Part shown: piece after piece, positions 1 through 12,742 of the stretch
Numbering within the stretch: position 1 is the stretch's first letter
Layout: the number at the start of each line of letters is the position of its first letter
Origin: Octopus vulgaris
Lineage: Eukaryota
Reading direction: 5' to 3'
Assembly: GCA_951406725.2 (NCBI GenBank)
Contig: OX597814.1
Coordinates: forward strand, 125,116,001-125,180,000
Length of the DNA stretch: 64,000 nucleotides
Translations under genes and position numbers: made by a program
The notes under the pieces: model-generated
What the model was told of the DNA's origin: nothing
What the model saw: the letters and a program-made list of their open reading frames with translations, nothing else
The model's database searches: none

Positions 1-860
1 ATACTTATACGTCTGAAAAGTTTTACAAATTTTCGTAGTTCCATTGATGATTTCGAACTGTAATCTTCGAATCAGCTTTCTCCTTTCTGGGTTTTGAGAA
101 GACTAATTTCTCAAGATTGGAGCTTAGGCATTTTATTACATATCCCAGCACTCCAATAATTACAGGTATAAATCTGAACTTGTGATCTGAGTTGAGTAAC
201 TAGATTTCTCAGGTGTTTTCTTTTTCGCTGATCTTTAGATTTATGCTAAGATCAGCTGGACAGCTGATTTCTACTGTTGTACAGAGTTTCTCTTCTCTGT
301 CCCTATTCACTATGTCTAGCCTGTTATTTTTACATTTGATTGAGGTTTTCACGAGGACATTCCACCAGTATTCTTCCATAGTATAAGTGACCATGGCCTC
401 TACTATACTGTGGGTTCTTATTTCTTTGGCCCCATGATTGTCCTTCTGGCGGATCTCATTATACAGTATCCTGGCTACAACATCATGTCTGATAGGTAGA
501 TAATACTGCGATGACATTTTCGGACAACTGCTTATGATGTAGGTGATATCTTCGGTGTTAACTCCACAAAGTCTACATTGGTTATCACATTTTCGTGTTT
601 AACCTGCGTCTCTCTCCTTTTTGTTCATCAGGTATTTGGTTGATATTTCCTGTTCCTGTATTGCAAACGCATACCTTCCAATGTAGGAGTTTCAAACCTG
701 GTTGTTGATCCTTGATAGACTACTTTGAATATCAATGTTACTATCATTCCAGAGCTTTCTATTACCAAATTCATACATGATCTTCTGCTGATATACGATC
801 ATCTTTTCATCTGACGACTCTTTGCAGTAGAGTCGTGCAACATTGTTCAAGGTTTTCAAA
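1..860 (-). mobile_element. Degenerate R4/Dong-like non-LTR retrotransposon 3' part (CCHC zinc knuckle + restriction-like endonuclease)
   Basis: Minus-strand translation CRLCGVNTEDITYIISSCPKMSSQYYLPIRHDVVARILY...NRLDIVNRDREEKLCTTVEISCP...FIPVIIGVLG matches the CCHC, RHD and PD..D-type RLE motifs; contains stops/frameshifts. Confidence 0.8.
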
Positions 861-1027
861 CAAGGACTTTTGCTTGAAGAACTACTTTCTAAGTCTCATG
901 ATATTTTCTGTCTCGGTCAAGAGATCGGTTTTAAGCCTCTGCCTCTTTGTTTTCGTTTTGGATAGAGACGGTCTTAATTGCTGTTAATGGTAAAACTATT
1001 TGTGCCGTAGCTATTGATGGAAAAAAC

Positions 1028-1028
<1 letters not shown>

Positions 1029-1059
<31 letters not shown>

Positions 1060-1106
1060 TGTATGTATGTATGTATGTATGTATGTATGTATGTATGTAT
1101 GTATGT
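1029..1106. repeat. (TATG)n microsatellite
   Basis: Direct tandem tetranucleotide run. Confidence 0.95.
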
Positions 1107-1238
1107 ACGTCCTTGAGTGTGTAGTGTGCGCTGGGTAAATTTGATAGTTTGTACAAAAGCAAACACAATATCCAATTTGAAAATATAAAAAGTTTTAAAA
1201 ATCAAAACATAACTAGTATATGGCTGGGAGGTAACAGT

Positions 1239-2050
1239 TTACTCAAAATAGCCACCCTCAGCTTCCACCACAGCCTCAAGACGGCTCCAGATCCTGACGC
1301 ATGCGTTTCTCAATGTTCCTGGGAGATCTTCGAACACCGTGATCTTGGTTAGCTCAGCTTTGGTGTTGCAATCAGAGCGGTTGATGTCTTTCTCAACTGT
1401 GCCCCCAAAACAATAATCCATGGTATTAGAATCGGGGTAATAAGGAAGCCAGAAATTGGAGCTGGTGAATTCATAGAAATTCTCCGATGACCACTTCTTT
1501 TTCTTTCCGAAGTTATGGAATCCTGCTGCAACACATATGCCCTTCCAGTAGCAACACACTTCTGCCAGGGATTGACCACAGTCTCCAGCAGCTTCGTCTG
1601 AATTGAGCCTAGGCCCCTGTTTAACGATGTGGAGTGGTACAACGTTACCCTCGCTGGAGACACATTCAAAGACTACCATAGGTGGAGGAAACTTAGCTTA
1701 CGTGATACGTGGCACATCACATGTATTGTACGCAAGCCACCTGCTACCCTGAGTGGCGTGCAACTGGACCTGGTTGAAGTTCTTTTTATTTAATAGAAAC
1801 CAGATCACCCCCGGCTCAATAGGGTGCCTCAGAAAGTTCAGGAGCTTTGACTTCGTCAAGCAGTTCCCCTTGGCCTCAGCTGTCATAATTTTGCCTTGTG
1901 CCTCTTGTACGAGGAAGAAGGGACAAATGTCTAACCTCTAGCTTTGTCTTTTAGTTACCTCTTTCCTTCAATTTTTTCAAGCTGTCTCTAAACTTTTATG
2001 GCCTTATCTACCGTAATATGATGCTTCAGGCTGAAGCAATTCTTCATCCA
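1239..2050 (-). mobile_element. Degenerate IS630-Tc1-mariner transposase relic (maT/DD37D-like)
   Basis: Frameshifted fragments YVLQQDS, NFWLPYYPDSNTMDY (cf. WPxxSPDLNPxDY), RNACVRIWSRLEAVVEAEGGYFE. Confidence 0.75.
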
Positions 2051-2444
2051 CAGACCTGCTCTGGAACTCCGTTGTCCGACAATGTGTACCAGTGTTTCAG
2101 TCAACTGGATTACCTTAATTAAAGTGTAAGTTGCTGAGCACTCCACAGATCTGTGTACCCTTAAGATGTACCCTTAAATTATATCTCAGGCAGAATCACC
2201 TCCAAACAGTATGTGAGAAGCTGTCCTCCTTCAATGGCATGTACTGACAATTCTACTGACAAGCTTCTATACAAATTCCGTCAACCTGATTTCAGTCACA
2301 ATGTATAGGTTGACCCAAGACTATACAGAAAATTACTTTTAGTTGAGATATCATGCATTGGGATCGAACCCGAGATATCATGGATACTAAGCAACCTCCG
2401 TAACTATTCAGCCATACTGCACCAACATATATACCTGTATATAT

Positions 2445-2543
2445 GGCTTGCTTCCCTACCACATGCTTCCGGGTTAATTCCTACTGCGTGGCACCTGGTT
2501 AGTGGATTTGGTAGACGGAAAGTTGAAGAAGCCCATCGGATAG

Positions 2544-2594
<51 letters not shown>

Positions 2595-2876
2595 TGTGTG
2601 TGTGTGTATGTGTGTGTGTGTGTGTGTTACTTGAGCCTAAGGCCCTGTTTAACGATGTGGAGTGGTATGACGTCACCCTCGCATTGGGACACATTCAAAG
2701 ACTACCATAGAAGGAGGAAACTTGGTATGTGCTTCTTCCCCACCACCGATTAACAACCGGTTTTGGTATGTTTACGTCCCCGTCACTTAGCGGTGCGGTA
2801 AAAGAGAATAAATAACAGGCTTTAAAAATAAAAGAAAAAAGGAGAGTCGACTCATTCGACTAAAATTCTACAAGGC
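2445..2876 (+). mobile_element. Partial tRNA-derived SINE (family A) with internal (TG)n and an embedded 93-bp transposase fragment
   Basis: gtggatttggtagacggaaa..gaagcccatcg and caaccg..gtttacgtccccg blocks shared with the other family A copies. Confidence 0.7.
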
Positions 2877-3064
2877 GCTATATATATATATACATATATA
2901 GCTGCTAAAAATTCACAACGACCTCGAACCCACAAGAGTAAACAAGAGAGACAGAGACAGGGAGAAACAAGGAAAATTCCCCTTGTATTTGAATACTATG
3001 CAAATATTCTTTTAAAAAACTATTCATTTAATTTTTCCAAAATTTAATTGTTTTCGATACTTAC

Positions 3065-3097
3065 AGCTGAAAAGTCTCAATAACCGAAACCGGTACT
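3065..3097 (+). ncRNA. Degenerate minimal hammerhead-like motif in a short TA-flanked Penelope-type end fragment
   Basis: ag-CTGAAAA-gtctcaataacc-GAAA-ccgg-TA-ct: palindromic ccgg stem III, G8 mutated. Confidence 0.4.
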
Positions 3098-4513
3098 CAA
3101 ATGTTTTTTATAAGATTATTTTAGCATTTTCTACCTTGACTTTTTTTCCATATATGTGTGTGTGTGCGTGTGTGTGTATGTATGTATGTATGCATGCATG
3201 CATGTATGTACATAATCATTCGCATAAACACACACTGTGAGTGTAACAGAGAGTGATCTACCCCAAAATATTCATAAACACACATATGTGTCTACACAGA
3301 ATCCAAAAACGTTTGTTACTATGATACAACAAGCATTTGTATAATAACATCATTATTCTCGTGTTCCTGTAGTATCCTTAAACACATAATTTATTTAATT
3401 TACTCTGGATATAATCTGCAAATCTGAACGACATGCCATACCATATGACTGTCACATGTAGGAGACCTCGAAGTATTCTGGGAAATTACTCAATAAAATA
3501 CTAGAACATCTCACTTCCTTACTTCCTTCTGTCATGCACAGCCCCGACATCATTCTTGTACTTTCTATCTGAACCATTTCACAAGACTGGCATCGGAAGA
3601 AAAAAATAATATTTTTCCTCTGTTTGTAGCGCAGGACGTTATGAATAACAGCCTGTAGCCAGATTTCTATCTTTTATGACATTTCCCTTCCTGTGTTCTA
3701 TGTGATAGAATAAAATTATAATACATTTCTGGTTGACAAGAATTTTCTTTAGTTATGTGCATTTATTATGCACTGCTGCAGATACAACATTCTGTAGTAC
3801 ACGTACACACACACACACATATACACACAAATATAACAGCAAACATAAAAGCATAATAAGAACCATAAACAGTATAGTAGTTGAACGTTGTTAATAGCAC
3901 TGTGGTTTGAGGTTTGGTCAGGTATGTATACACTCTGACAGTTATAGAATGGATTGGTTTAATTAAGCTTACTAATCAAGACAGGTGGAAGACCCAAGGA
4001 TGTTATTATGTCCGATGTTGGTTATAGCTGGAAGAAGTTTAGCAAACTTCTGCATCAGTGATAAAGAAAATTATCTGTGTATAGTGAGTGTCAGAAGTTA
4101 GTAGTGCCAAGAGAGTATGATGAATATAATGTTTAATGTAGCATGCGTGTGTGAGGAACTGATTGAGGCAAGCAACCTTCTAAATGTAACCAATATTCCG
4201 AGGAATCAAATATTTTCTTCATCAAAGAAGATAACAGAATGAAGAATTTGGTACTAGACAGTAATCTAAATTGAGTAGATTAATATAGTTTTGTTATTGT
4301 TATTCTTATTGCTATTTGGCTCCCAGGTTAGCTTTGATACAACAGACCTCATAATCAAAGATATTCCAGATGAGACCATCCTGTCTTTTATTCTGACGTA
4401 CTGACATAGTATATCTATGACTTCAATATCTAATACTAAAAGAGACACTACCCTCCGGGTAGGTTCTTCTTCGTTTATATACACACGTACACAGCACCCA
4501 TATAAGCACATGT

Positions 4514-4568
<55 letters not shown>

Positions 4569-4572
4569 TATA

Positions 4573-4640
<68 letters not shown>

Positions 4641-6324
4641 TATATATATGATTATATATATATATATATACATATACATACATATATATATACTTATATA
4701 CATACACACACACCACACACACACACACACATACATATATATATATTCTCGTATTTTTTCTATAAGTAGAATTAGATTGACCAATGCGTCCTTTCCTAAT
4801 TTAAGATGGTAGAGCGTGTTTTGAGGGGAATTTGGCTGCTATTTCCAACAGATATACCAACTACATAGGTTTCCTTGTTGATCACTAATCAGCTAACATA
4901 AGCTATTGCTGTCTTAGGTGTTAGGCAATGATACAGCAGAAGCCTCTCTTTCTCGCTCACCTTCTCTTTCTCACTCTCACTCTCTTTTTATCTCCCTCTC
5001 ACTCTCACTCCCACCTCCATTTTTTATGTTTCCTTCGGGGAAGTAGCTGGCGTAAAGGTAGTATGGGGCGTAATCTACTGAGGGAAAGGATTGGTGTGAG
5101 AGGAAGGACTGACAAAGTTCTAGGTACATATACATGTGTGTGTGAGTGTATGTGTGAGTGTGTGAGAGTGCATGTGTGTGTGTGCGTGTGTGCATAGTAG
5201 GGAAGAAGGGAGAGAAAGAAAAAAGAAGAAAAGGATAGGGGGAAAAACAAGAAAAATAAAGGATAATAAAAGATGGGAAGGAATAGAAAAATAAAAGGAA
5301 GGACGAACAGGTGTTCGAAGAATACAATTAGAAGAATTCATTATAGGAATAGCAGATGATGAACTGTTAGAAGCAACGAGGGGAACATAGAAATAAAATG
5401 TATATAATAGCATGGCTATGATATTGGCAGGGGGTACTAGATTAGAGGGATAAGTAAAATAGCAAAGTAATAAACAAAATATAGAATAATACAAAATAGA
5501 ATAATACAAAGAAATTTTTAGGGACGAATGAAGATTGCAAGTGGGTGTATAGAGTGTTGGAAATTAAAACGAAAGAAAAGCCTAACAAGTGAGATACTGT
5601 TTTGTTTTAAATGAAAGCATTTTCCCAGTCAAGATGAATACCACAAAATATTCAATACAACACGGTCAAAGTTAGCTACAGCTGCCTCAATAATACAAGA
5701 TAATTGATACTAAACTACAATAAGAGAATTACACTACGGTAGTAGTTGAATAAGATTCTTAAGGTCCCAATTTACTCACAAGCAGCATCTTCAGAGCTTG
5801 TCACTAATTCAGTTTTTAACCAAATTGAAATATGTTAACAGTTTTGAAGAGAACTGGTCCTTAGCTACATTTTGGCATAAAACATTGAGATTTTTGTCCA
5901 ATAGAAAAAAGTTTACATCAAAATTTGTAGCAGCATTATAGGAGAGTAAGTAACGCCTCCAATCAAGTTTAGATCTAAATAACTTTTTTTTATCTTAAAA
6001 GCAAAACATATTTATCTTAGCTTCAATGATAGATGAAAGCATGAGGAATTTCATAGTTCTGATCCCATGCAATAAAAATTTGTATCAAAAACGTTGTGAG
6101 GTAAAATATCATGAAGCTTTAAAAGAAAAAAGTTATGAGTGTTTGTTTCTGAAATTTGAGGGTGATAATATAGTTCTATACTTTTTTATGAATATAGTTC
6201 TATAAGGGGACTTTTAATATATGTCACCGGCATCATTGAGATAAGGAAAAATTTATCAACAACACCACTAATTGACACATTTGATACATTATCAATTAGC
6301 GTAATAGCATAGCCTGGAAAAAAA

Positions 6325-7211
6325 CATGGATTTCATGGGAAAATGCGAGCCAGAGAAATAATATTCTTAAGATTATAAACCTGGAAAAGTACAGGAATTG
6401 TTACACTTGGAAAAGTTCAGGACAACTTATTACATCTGGTAAAGTACAGAACAAGAAAATTACTTAAAATATTGCAGCTAAGGATAAAATTTGAATATTG
6501 AAAATTATTTGATTTTAATTTACAGAGTAATATTATAATTAAAAAAAGGTACCATCATTTTGTTAAAATATTGACACACTAGAATACTTTAAAAATGAGA
6601 GCCAGAAGAATCAGTATAGCTAAAGTTTTATGCAAAGCAGAATAGTATATATAGTAGGCAAATTCATTATGTAAAAAATAGGCAGGCATCGGGTCAAGAC
6701 TAAAAATGAGAAGACTTGGCAATAACTTAGGTAACAGCCCAAGCAAATTTTACTGTGAATTCGTTGTTATAGGAAAATTCAACTGTAATATATAACTAAT
6801 TTTTGTATTATTCTATTTATTATACTAACTAATTATTATACTACTATTATTTTTATAACCTATTTTCAAATTTCTAATTATTAATTAATAATTTTTAAAA
6901 AATGAATTTTTTTTTAAAGTGCAAAAACTATTTTGAGTTGTTTTATATTTTTAATTGAAGTAACAAGTAATAGCAAACAGAAGTAATAACTTGCAATAAA
7001 ATTTTTAGTTTTAATAAAAGCTAATATTTTCTCAATTTAAATATTTTTTTTGAAATTTTATCCTTAGCTGCAATATTTTAAGTAAAAATTTTCTTGTTCT
7101 GTGTAATAACTTGTCCTGAACTTTTCCAAGTGTAATAATTTCTGTTCTTTTCCAGGCTTACAATCTTAGGAATTATATTTGTCTTGCTCGCATTTTTCCA
7201 TATAATTTATG
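6325..7211. repeat. Foldback element with long imperfect terminal inverted repeats (~6325-6500 vs ~7045-7211)
   Basis: cagaacaagaaaattacttaaaatattgcagctaaggataaaattt (to 6492) is nearly the reverse complement of aaattttatccttagctgcaatattttaagtaaaaattttcttgttctg (from 7053); the ggaaaagttcaggacaa block is also mirrored. Confidence 0.8.
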
Positions 7212-7239
7212 GAAATGACCCACCAAGAATGTGATTTTA

Positions 7240-8870
7240 GAAACTGGTAGCAATGTCCACTAGACAATAAGTGGCTTACGAAAGAACCCGTCTACAAGGC
7301 CAAAGTTTAAAACAACAGAGACTCCATAAAATTGTATATAGGGCTCCGAGATAACTTTTAGGACCGTTTTACGTAACACCTTTATACCATCCGTAACAAT
7401 AGAACGATTTCTAAGTCGTTGTCTAAATACATTTAGTACTTACAGGAAAATGATATAAATGGACGGAACGCACGATCCGTAACCGAAAAACTGCACATCT
7501 TGTTTGTATCTGTTAGGTTGTCCAGAAAATTCTGAGCACTTTTTAATATGCAAAAAGGGATATAAATAATTGACCTTACAATCAATTTTATTCAATGAAA
7601 TAATTTCCATTATTATTAATGACCTTTGCCCATCTATCAGGCAATTTAAATATTCATCATCATAAAATTTGACTGGTTTTGAAGAAAAAAATATCTAGAT
7701 TCATTTTGACTCCATCTAAATCGTTAAATGTTTTTTCCTTGCAATGAGTTCTGTAGAGACAAAACAAGTGGTAGTCGGGTGGCGCAATATCAGGAGAATA
7801 TGATGGATAGATTAAGAGATCCCAGTCAAGTTCATGTAACTTTGTCGGGGTAGCCAAAGACACGTGGTCGGGCATTGTCTTGTTGGAACACTACTCCTTT
7901 CCTTTTGGCAATCTTCGGCTTCAATTCTTTGATTTTTTGGTTCAAATTAGCCAGCTGAAGACAGTACACATCAGAATTAATGATCCCAGCAAACAACAAG
8001 CCTAGCTTTTTTGGCATGGATATTCTTCTCTGGCTGCTATTTTGGGGAATCCTTACGCAAACTCCAAGATCTTTTTCGCACTACGTTTTCGTACACAATC
8101 CATTTTTTATCTCCAGCCACAAGTTGTTTAAAAAAAGGTATGCTTTCATTCCGTTTCAAATGCATATCACAAACGGAATGCCGATCAAGGCAATTCTTTT
8201 CTGAAAGTTTGTTAGGGACCCATACATTATTGCGAGAACTGCATCCTAGCTTCACGAGGTGTTCATGAGTCGTACCTTTAGAAATTTCCTAATCCTCTGC
8301 AAGTTTTCTAGTCGTGATATTTGAGTTTTCTTCGATTTTTGCATTCAAAACATCTTCATCCAATTCGGAAGGTCTTCCACTACGACTGACATATTCCAAG
8401 CTAAACTCCCCAGCTTTAAATTTTGCAAACCACCTTCAAATAGTTGATTCACCTCGAGTATCATCACCATAAATATGACAAATGTTTTTGCAAGTCTTTG
8501 TAGCATTTTCTCCTTTTTTAAAAAATAAAAGGAAAGCATTGCTACGTGAATAGGAAATTTTTGGTTAACCATTTCAAATATCAATAAAGGGTAACCAGAC
8601 TGAAAGATAAAACTATTTTTAGTCACAAACAAAGAAGAAATGCACTAACACTTCAAGCAACGTCAAAGTTTTGACTGTTACGTTTCAGGTATTTCCAATG
8701 AAGCGTTAAAAGATTTAGCTTAAAAACGCTCAAAACTTCCGGACAACCTAATAACATCCTAAACTCAAGAGAAGAGATATACTTTCCCCCTGTCTTCATG
8801 CAAGAAAAGTCAATCTTACAAATGTTTAAATACTCCTCCCCCAAGCGAAATCTATGGATAAACAGAATTG
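7240..8870 (+). pseudogene. Decayed Penelope-like GIY-YIG endonuclease fragment, interrupted by a mariner at 7513-8751
   Basis: Translation QCPLDNKWLTKEPVYKAKV*NNRDSIKLYIG...SKSLSKYI*YL, resuming after the mariner with a C..EKSIL-like segment; parallels ORF 26563-27252. Confidence 0.6.
7513..8751 (-). mobile_element. Full-length but frameshifted mariner (DD34D) transposon with ~30-bp TIRs
   Basis: TIRs ttaggttgtccagaaaattctgagcacttttt (7513) / aaaaacgctcaaaacttccggacaacctaa (8751) followed by TA; motifs WVPNKL, AGDKKWIVYEN, QQDNARP, YPSYSPDIAPPDYHLF; ~1.24 kb. Confidence 0.93.
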
Positions 8871-10533
8871 CAGTACTCCTAAACGCGATTTATCTGGTCA
8901 TAACGCCCCTCTTTGTCCTTACCATAATAATAACTGCCCACCCCCATCACCCTAGCCACCACTGTCATTACAATCACAAAATTCCTCCACCCCAACTATT
9001 TTTTTTTTCAGTGACTTCATTATTATCTCTATCTCCACTACCGAAACTGCTTGAAGTAGCAGTATAGATACACTTTACATAACCATGATCGGGTTTGGGA
9101 CATAATCCTTTCAACAATCCAATTATATATGTCGTCAATCCTTCTTTATTCCTATATCTGTTGGTCACCTGCATCGTTATGTTTAGTATTTTTAATATTG
9201 TACACTCATATAATCTCACCCGCTTCATTTGTTCTACTTATCTTCCTCACTTACTCTGCCCCTTTCTTAATTTACTTACGTGACTTATATTTTACCAAAA
9301 TTTCCTTTCATATTTAGTTTTTTTCCGCTTTGTTTCTTTTCCCCCCTGTTTTCCTGTTTTTTTTATAATAAACTATCATTTTATGAATTCTTTCAATATC
9401 TTTACTTTCTCATGTACCCCATACCTTTCACCCATCTTTTTAAGTTATTTTTTTCTAATACTTTTCTCCCAATATTTTTTAACACTTTTCTCAACTTTTA
9501 CCATACAAGTGTAATGCTCCTCAAAATGTTATTCATATCCCTACCAATAGTCTTATTTTTGCCGTTTTCCTCATTTTGTCTTTATTCTTATCTTATTTCA
9601 TTTATTCCATTTCCGACCATCATTTAGAATTTTGAATTATTGACCCTAACTCCGAAATAGTCCCTCAACCGTTATAATTTTGTTTCGTTTTTATTTTCAA
9701 CACTTCCTTCAGTCTCCCCTAATCTTCCTTCATCTCTAAAAATTTTTATATTATTTCATACTTTTGCTATTTCGTCTTTCCTTCTAACTCAGTACTCCTG
9801 CCACTTTAACTGTCATGTTATATCCGCTTTTACTTTCATTTTCTAATGATTACTTCAAATAATTTATCATCTATTACTCTTATAGTGAATTCTCCTAATT
9901 GTATTCTTTAAACACCTGTTCACTTTTCTTTCTATATTCCTTTTCCTTTTTCCCTTACTTGTTTCCCTTTTTCTTTTCTTTCTTTAACTTTTATTTCTCT
10001 CTTCCTTCATTATTTTTCTTCTTACTTTTCCTTCTTTTTATCTTTTTAACTCTTATTATTTCCGTTTTTCTTTTCTCCTCTTCCTTCTGTTTTACTCCTT
10101 CTTTTTTTTACCTTTATCAAACTTTCTTCCCACCTTCACACTCAATGTCTAAAAAAAGTATAATTATATATAAATGAGTTAACCTTGTCAATTTTCTGGT
10201 CTTACCTTGCCCTAAGATCTTGTGTGCCTACAGGTGAAACTCAAGGTAGTAAGAGACTGGCTCGACCGAAATAGAATACCATTAATCTATTCCATGGTAC
10301 TGAGTATACTTTTCCGCAGTTAATACTGATAACACGAGTAAAATGTATGGCAAAGTGGAAACAAACAAACAAAAAAGTAATGTAAAACATGTGAAAACAT
10401 GTGCCTGAGAAGTGTAGAAATATATAGCGAAAAACAGCAAGCAAAGATATGTTCAACGAAGCTTAACACGTCAAAGAAAGAGGTCATTATGTGTGTGTCA
10501 GTGTGCGTGTGGGTTCGTGTGTTTTTGCGCGTG

Positions 10534-10633
<100 letters not shown>

Positions 10634-10836
10634 AGTAATTGAATGAATTATCTTATTAAGGATAATTCGAAAGATAACCGATACCTGGGTAGCAAATTCA
10701 CATCAGAAAGAACACGGTTGAAGCTATGACCCTAGGGCATAGACTACGTGTCTTCGTGTGGAAATTTGTATGTTTATTTTAAAATTATAAGTATATGAAA
10801 GAATGGAGTTGAACGACTAGTTAACAAATATCCTTT

Positions 10837-10921
10837 ATTCTCGACATATGTTTCGAAGGCTGCATATTCCTAATTCCGAAGGAATAAGGAGTACATTATG
10901 CAGATTTTTCATCAGAAAAAT
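10837..10921 (-). ncRNA. Type I minimal hammerhead ribozyme
   Basis: Minus strand: attttt-CTGATGA-aaaatctgcata..tatgcagccttc-GAAA-catatg-TC-gagaat. Confidence 0.7.
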
Positions 10922-11062
10922 CAAGGAAACTTATGTCGACATCAAAATGCACAAAAAACTTTTAGCTGACCGCTCTCAAGGTAATAATTATCGCCATGGG
11001 CTCCTTGAGAGCGGTCAGCTAAAGGTTTTTTGTGCATTTTGATGTCGACATAAGTTTCCTTG

Positions 11063-11120
11063 ATTTTCCTGATGAAAAATCTGCATAAAATATGCAGCCT
11101 TCGAAACATATGTCGAGAAT
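11063..11120 (+). ncRNA. Type I minimal hammerhead ribozyme
   Basis: attttc-CTGATGA-aaaatctgcataaaatatgcagccttc-GAAA-catatg-TC-gagaat; stem I pairs, palindromic stem III, GUC cleavage triplet. Confidence 0.78.
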
Positions 11121-11165
11121 AAAGGATATTTGTTAACTAGTCGTTCAACTCCATTCTTTCATATA

Positions 11166-11200
<35 letters not shown>

Positions 11201-11225
11201 AGTATATACATATACAATAACACAC

Positions 11226-11291
<66 letters not shown>

Positions 11292-11914
11292 AATTTGACA
11301 TGGGTGATTCTTTCTTGTCTTAGGATTCACGGTCAAGCGGCTGAGTGAAATTGCGCGAAAATTACACAGATGTGTAGAATGATCCGGCGCTATTACTGGG
11401 CTTGGTATGTTTTTCATAGCTCCCATGGTTACCGAGATAATCTACTGTAATAATACTCTTGTGTTTATGAGTGAAAAAGGAGGTGTGATATGGGAATAAG
11501 GAAGGAACGGATGATGTCATACTTGGTAGTTGGATGATGAAAATTGTACGCTGAAAAATAAATCAAACAGCGTTTCAGCTCTTTGTGAATTATGTGTATG
11601 TATGTAAAAGGAGGCTATGTGAATGTGGGTGTGTGTGCGTGTGTATATGTTTGTGCGAGTGTGCGTGTGCGCGCGCGATGAAAGTGGGATGGTTCATCTT
11701 TGTTCGCTTAGTATTTGGGTTTATATTTTGATTGGTTGAATTTCGGTTGTTTTTTTTGTGGGGGGGTCAGTTATTTTTAGCGTTTTGACAGAAAAAAGTC
11801 AATCAGAAATTGCTTTTTAATATAAGCGTGCCCAAATAAGCCGAATGCTTACACATAGCAGATTTTACAGCCACATCATCCAAACTGACCGAGTGAAACC
11901 GGGCTTAGCTGTTA

Positions 11915-11960
<46 letters not shown>

Positions 11961-11964
<4 letters not shown>

Positions 11965-12100
11965 CTTTACTACCCACAAGGGGCTAAACACAGAGGGGAC
12001 AAACGGGGACAGACAAACGGATTAAGTCGATTACATCTACCCCAGTGCGTAACTGGTACTTAATTTATCGACCCCGAAAGGATGAAAGGCAAAGTCGACC
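11961..12100 (-). mobile_element. SINE family B 3' part
   Basis: tttctttactacccacaaggggctaaacacag...atcgaccccgaaaggatgaaaggcaaagtcgac shared with 20052-20647 and 63723-63922. Confidence 0.8.
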
Positions 12101-12108
12101 TATATACT

Positions 12109-12417
12109 AGTGGTTAGGGCATTCGGCTCTCGATTGTAAGGTCGATTCGGCTCTCGATTGTAAGGCGTTGTGTCCTTGAGCAAGACACTTTATTTCACGT
12201 TGCTCCAAGTCCACTCAGCTGGCAAAAATGAGTTGTACCTGTATTTCAAAGGGCCGGTCTTGTCACACTTTGTGTCATGCTGAGTCTCCCTGAGAACTAC
12301 GTTAGGGGTACGCGTGTCTGTAGATTGCTCAGTCACTTGCACGTTAATTTCATGAGCAAGCTGTTCCGCTGATTGTATCGGCTGGAACCCTCGTCATCGT
12401 AACCGACGGAGTGCTCC
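12109..12417 (+). mobile_element. tRNA-derived SINE (family C-related)
   Basis: tggttagggc head, tgtccttgagcaagacac, 3' part ending gtaaccgacggagtgctcc shared with 22980 and 59740 copies. Confidence 0.75.
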
Positions 12418-12437
12418 TACATATATATATATATATA

Positions 12438-12670
12438 TAAACGGAATGTTCCAAAGAATGTATACACACTTCAGGAAAGAAAAATCTGTATAAATAACAT
12501 AAATATAGATACCTCTTTCGGTGTTTTATAAAATTGCCATAATTGCAATGATAGTAATTTGATAAAACATAGAAAGAGGTATCTATATTTATAGAGGTAC
12601 TTATACAAGTTCAATATTTATACAGATTTTTTCCTTTCCGGAAGTATGTATACATTTTTTCGCGGACTCA
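12438..12670. repeat. Short imperfect palindrome between (TA)n tracts
   Basis: aaatatagatacctctttc / gaaagaggtatctatattt and aaaatctgtataaata / tatttatacagatttt are mirrored. Confidence 0.75.
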
Positions 12671-12671
12671 G

Positions 12672-12741
<70 letters not shown>

Positions 12742-12742
<1 letters not shown>

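Noticed and set aside
9280-10177. Hydrophobic F/L-rich ORFs resembling membrane or mitochondrial proteins
   Set aside because: Produced by pyrimidine-rich low-complexity sequence; no conserved mitochondrial motifs recognised.
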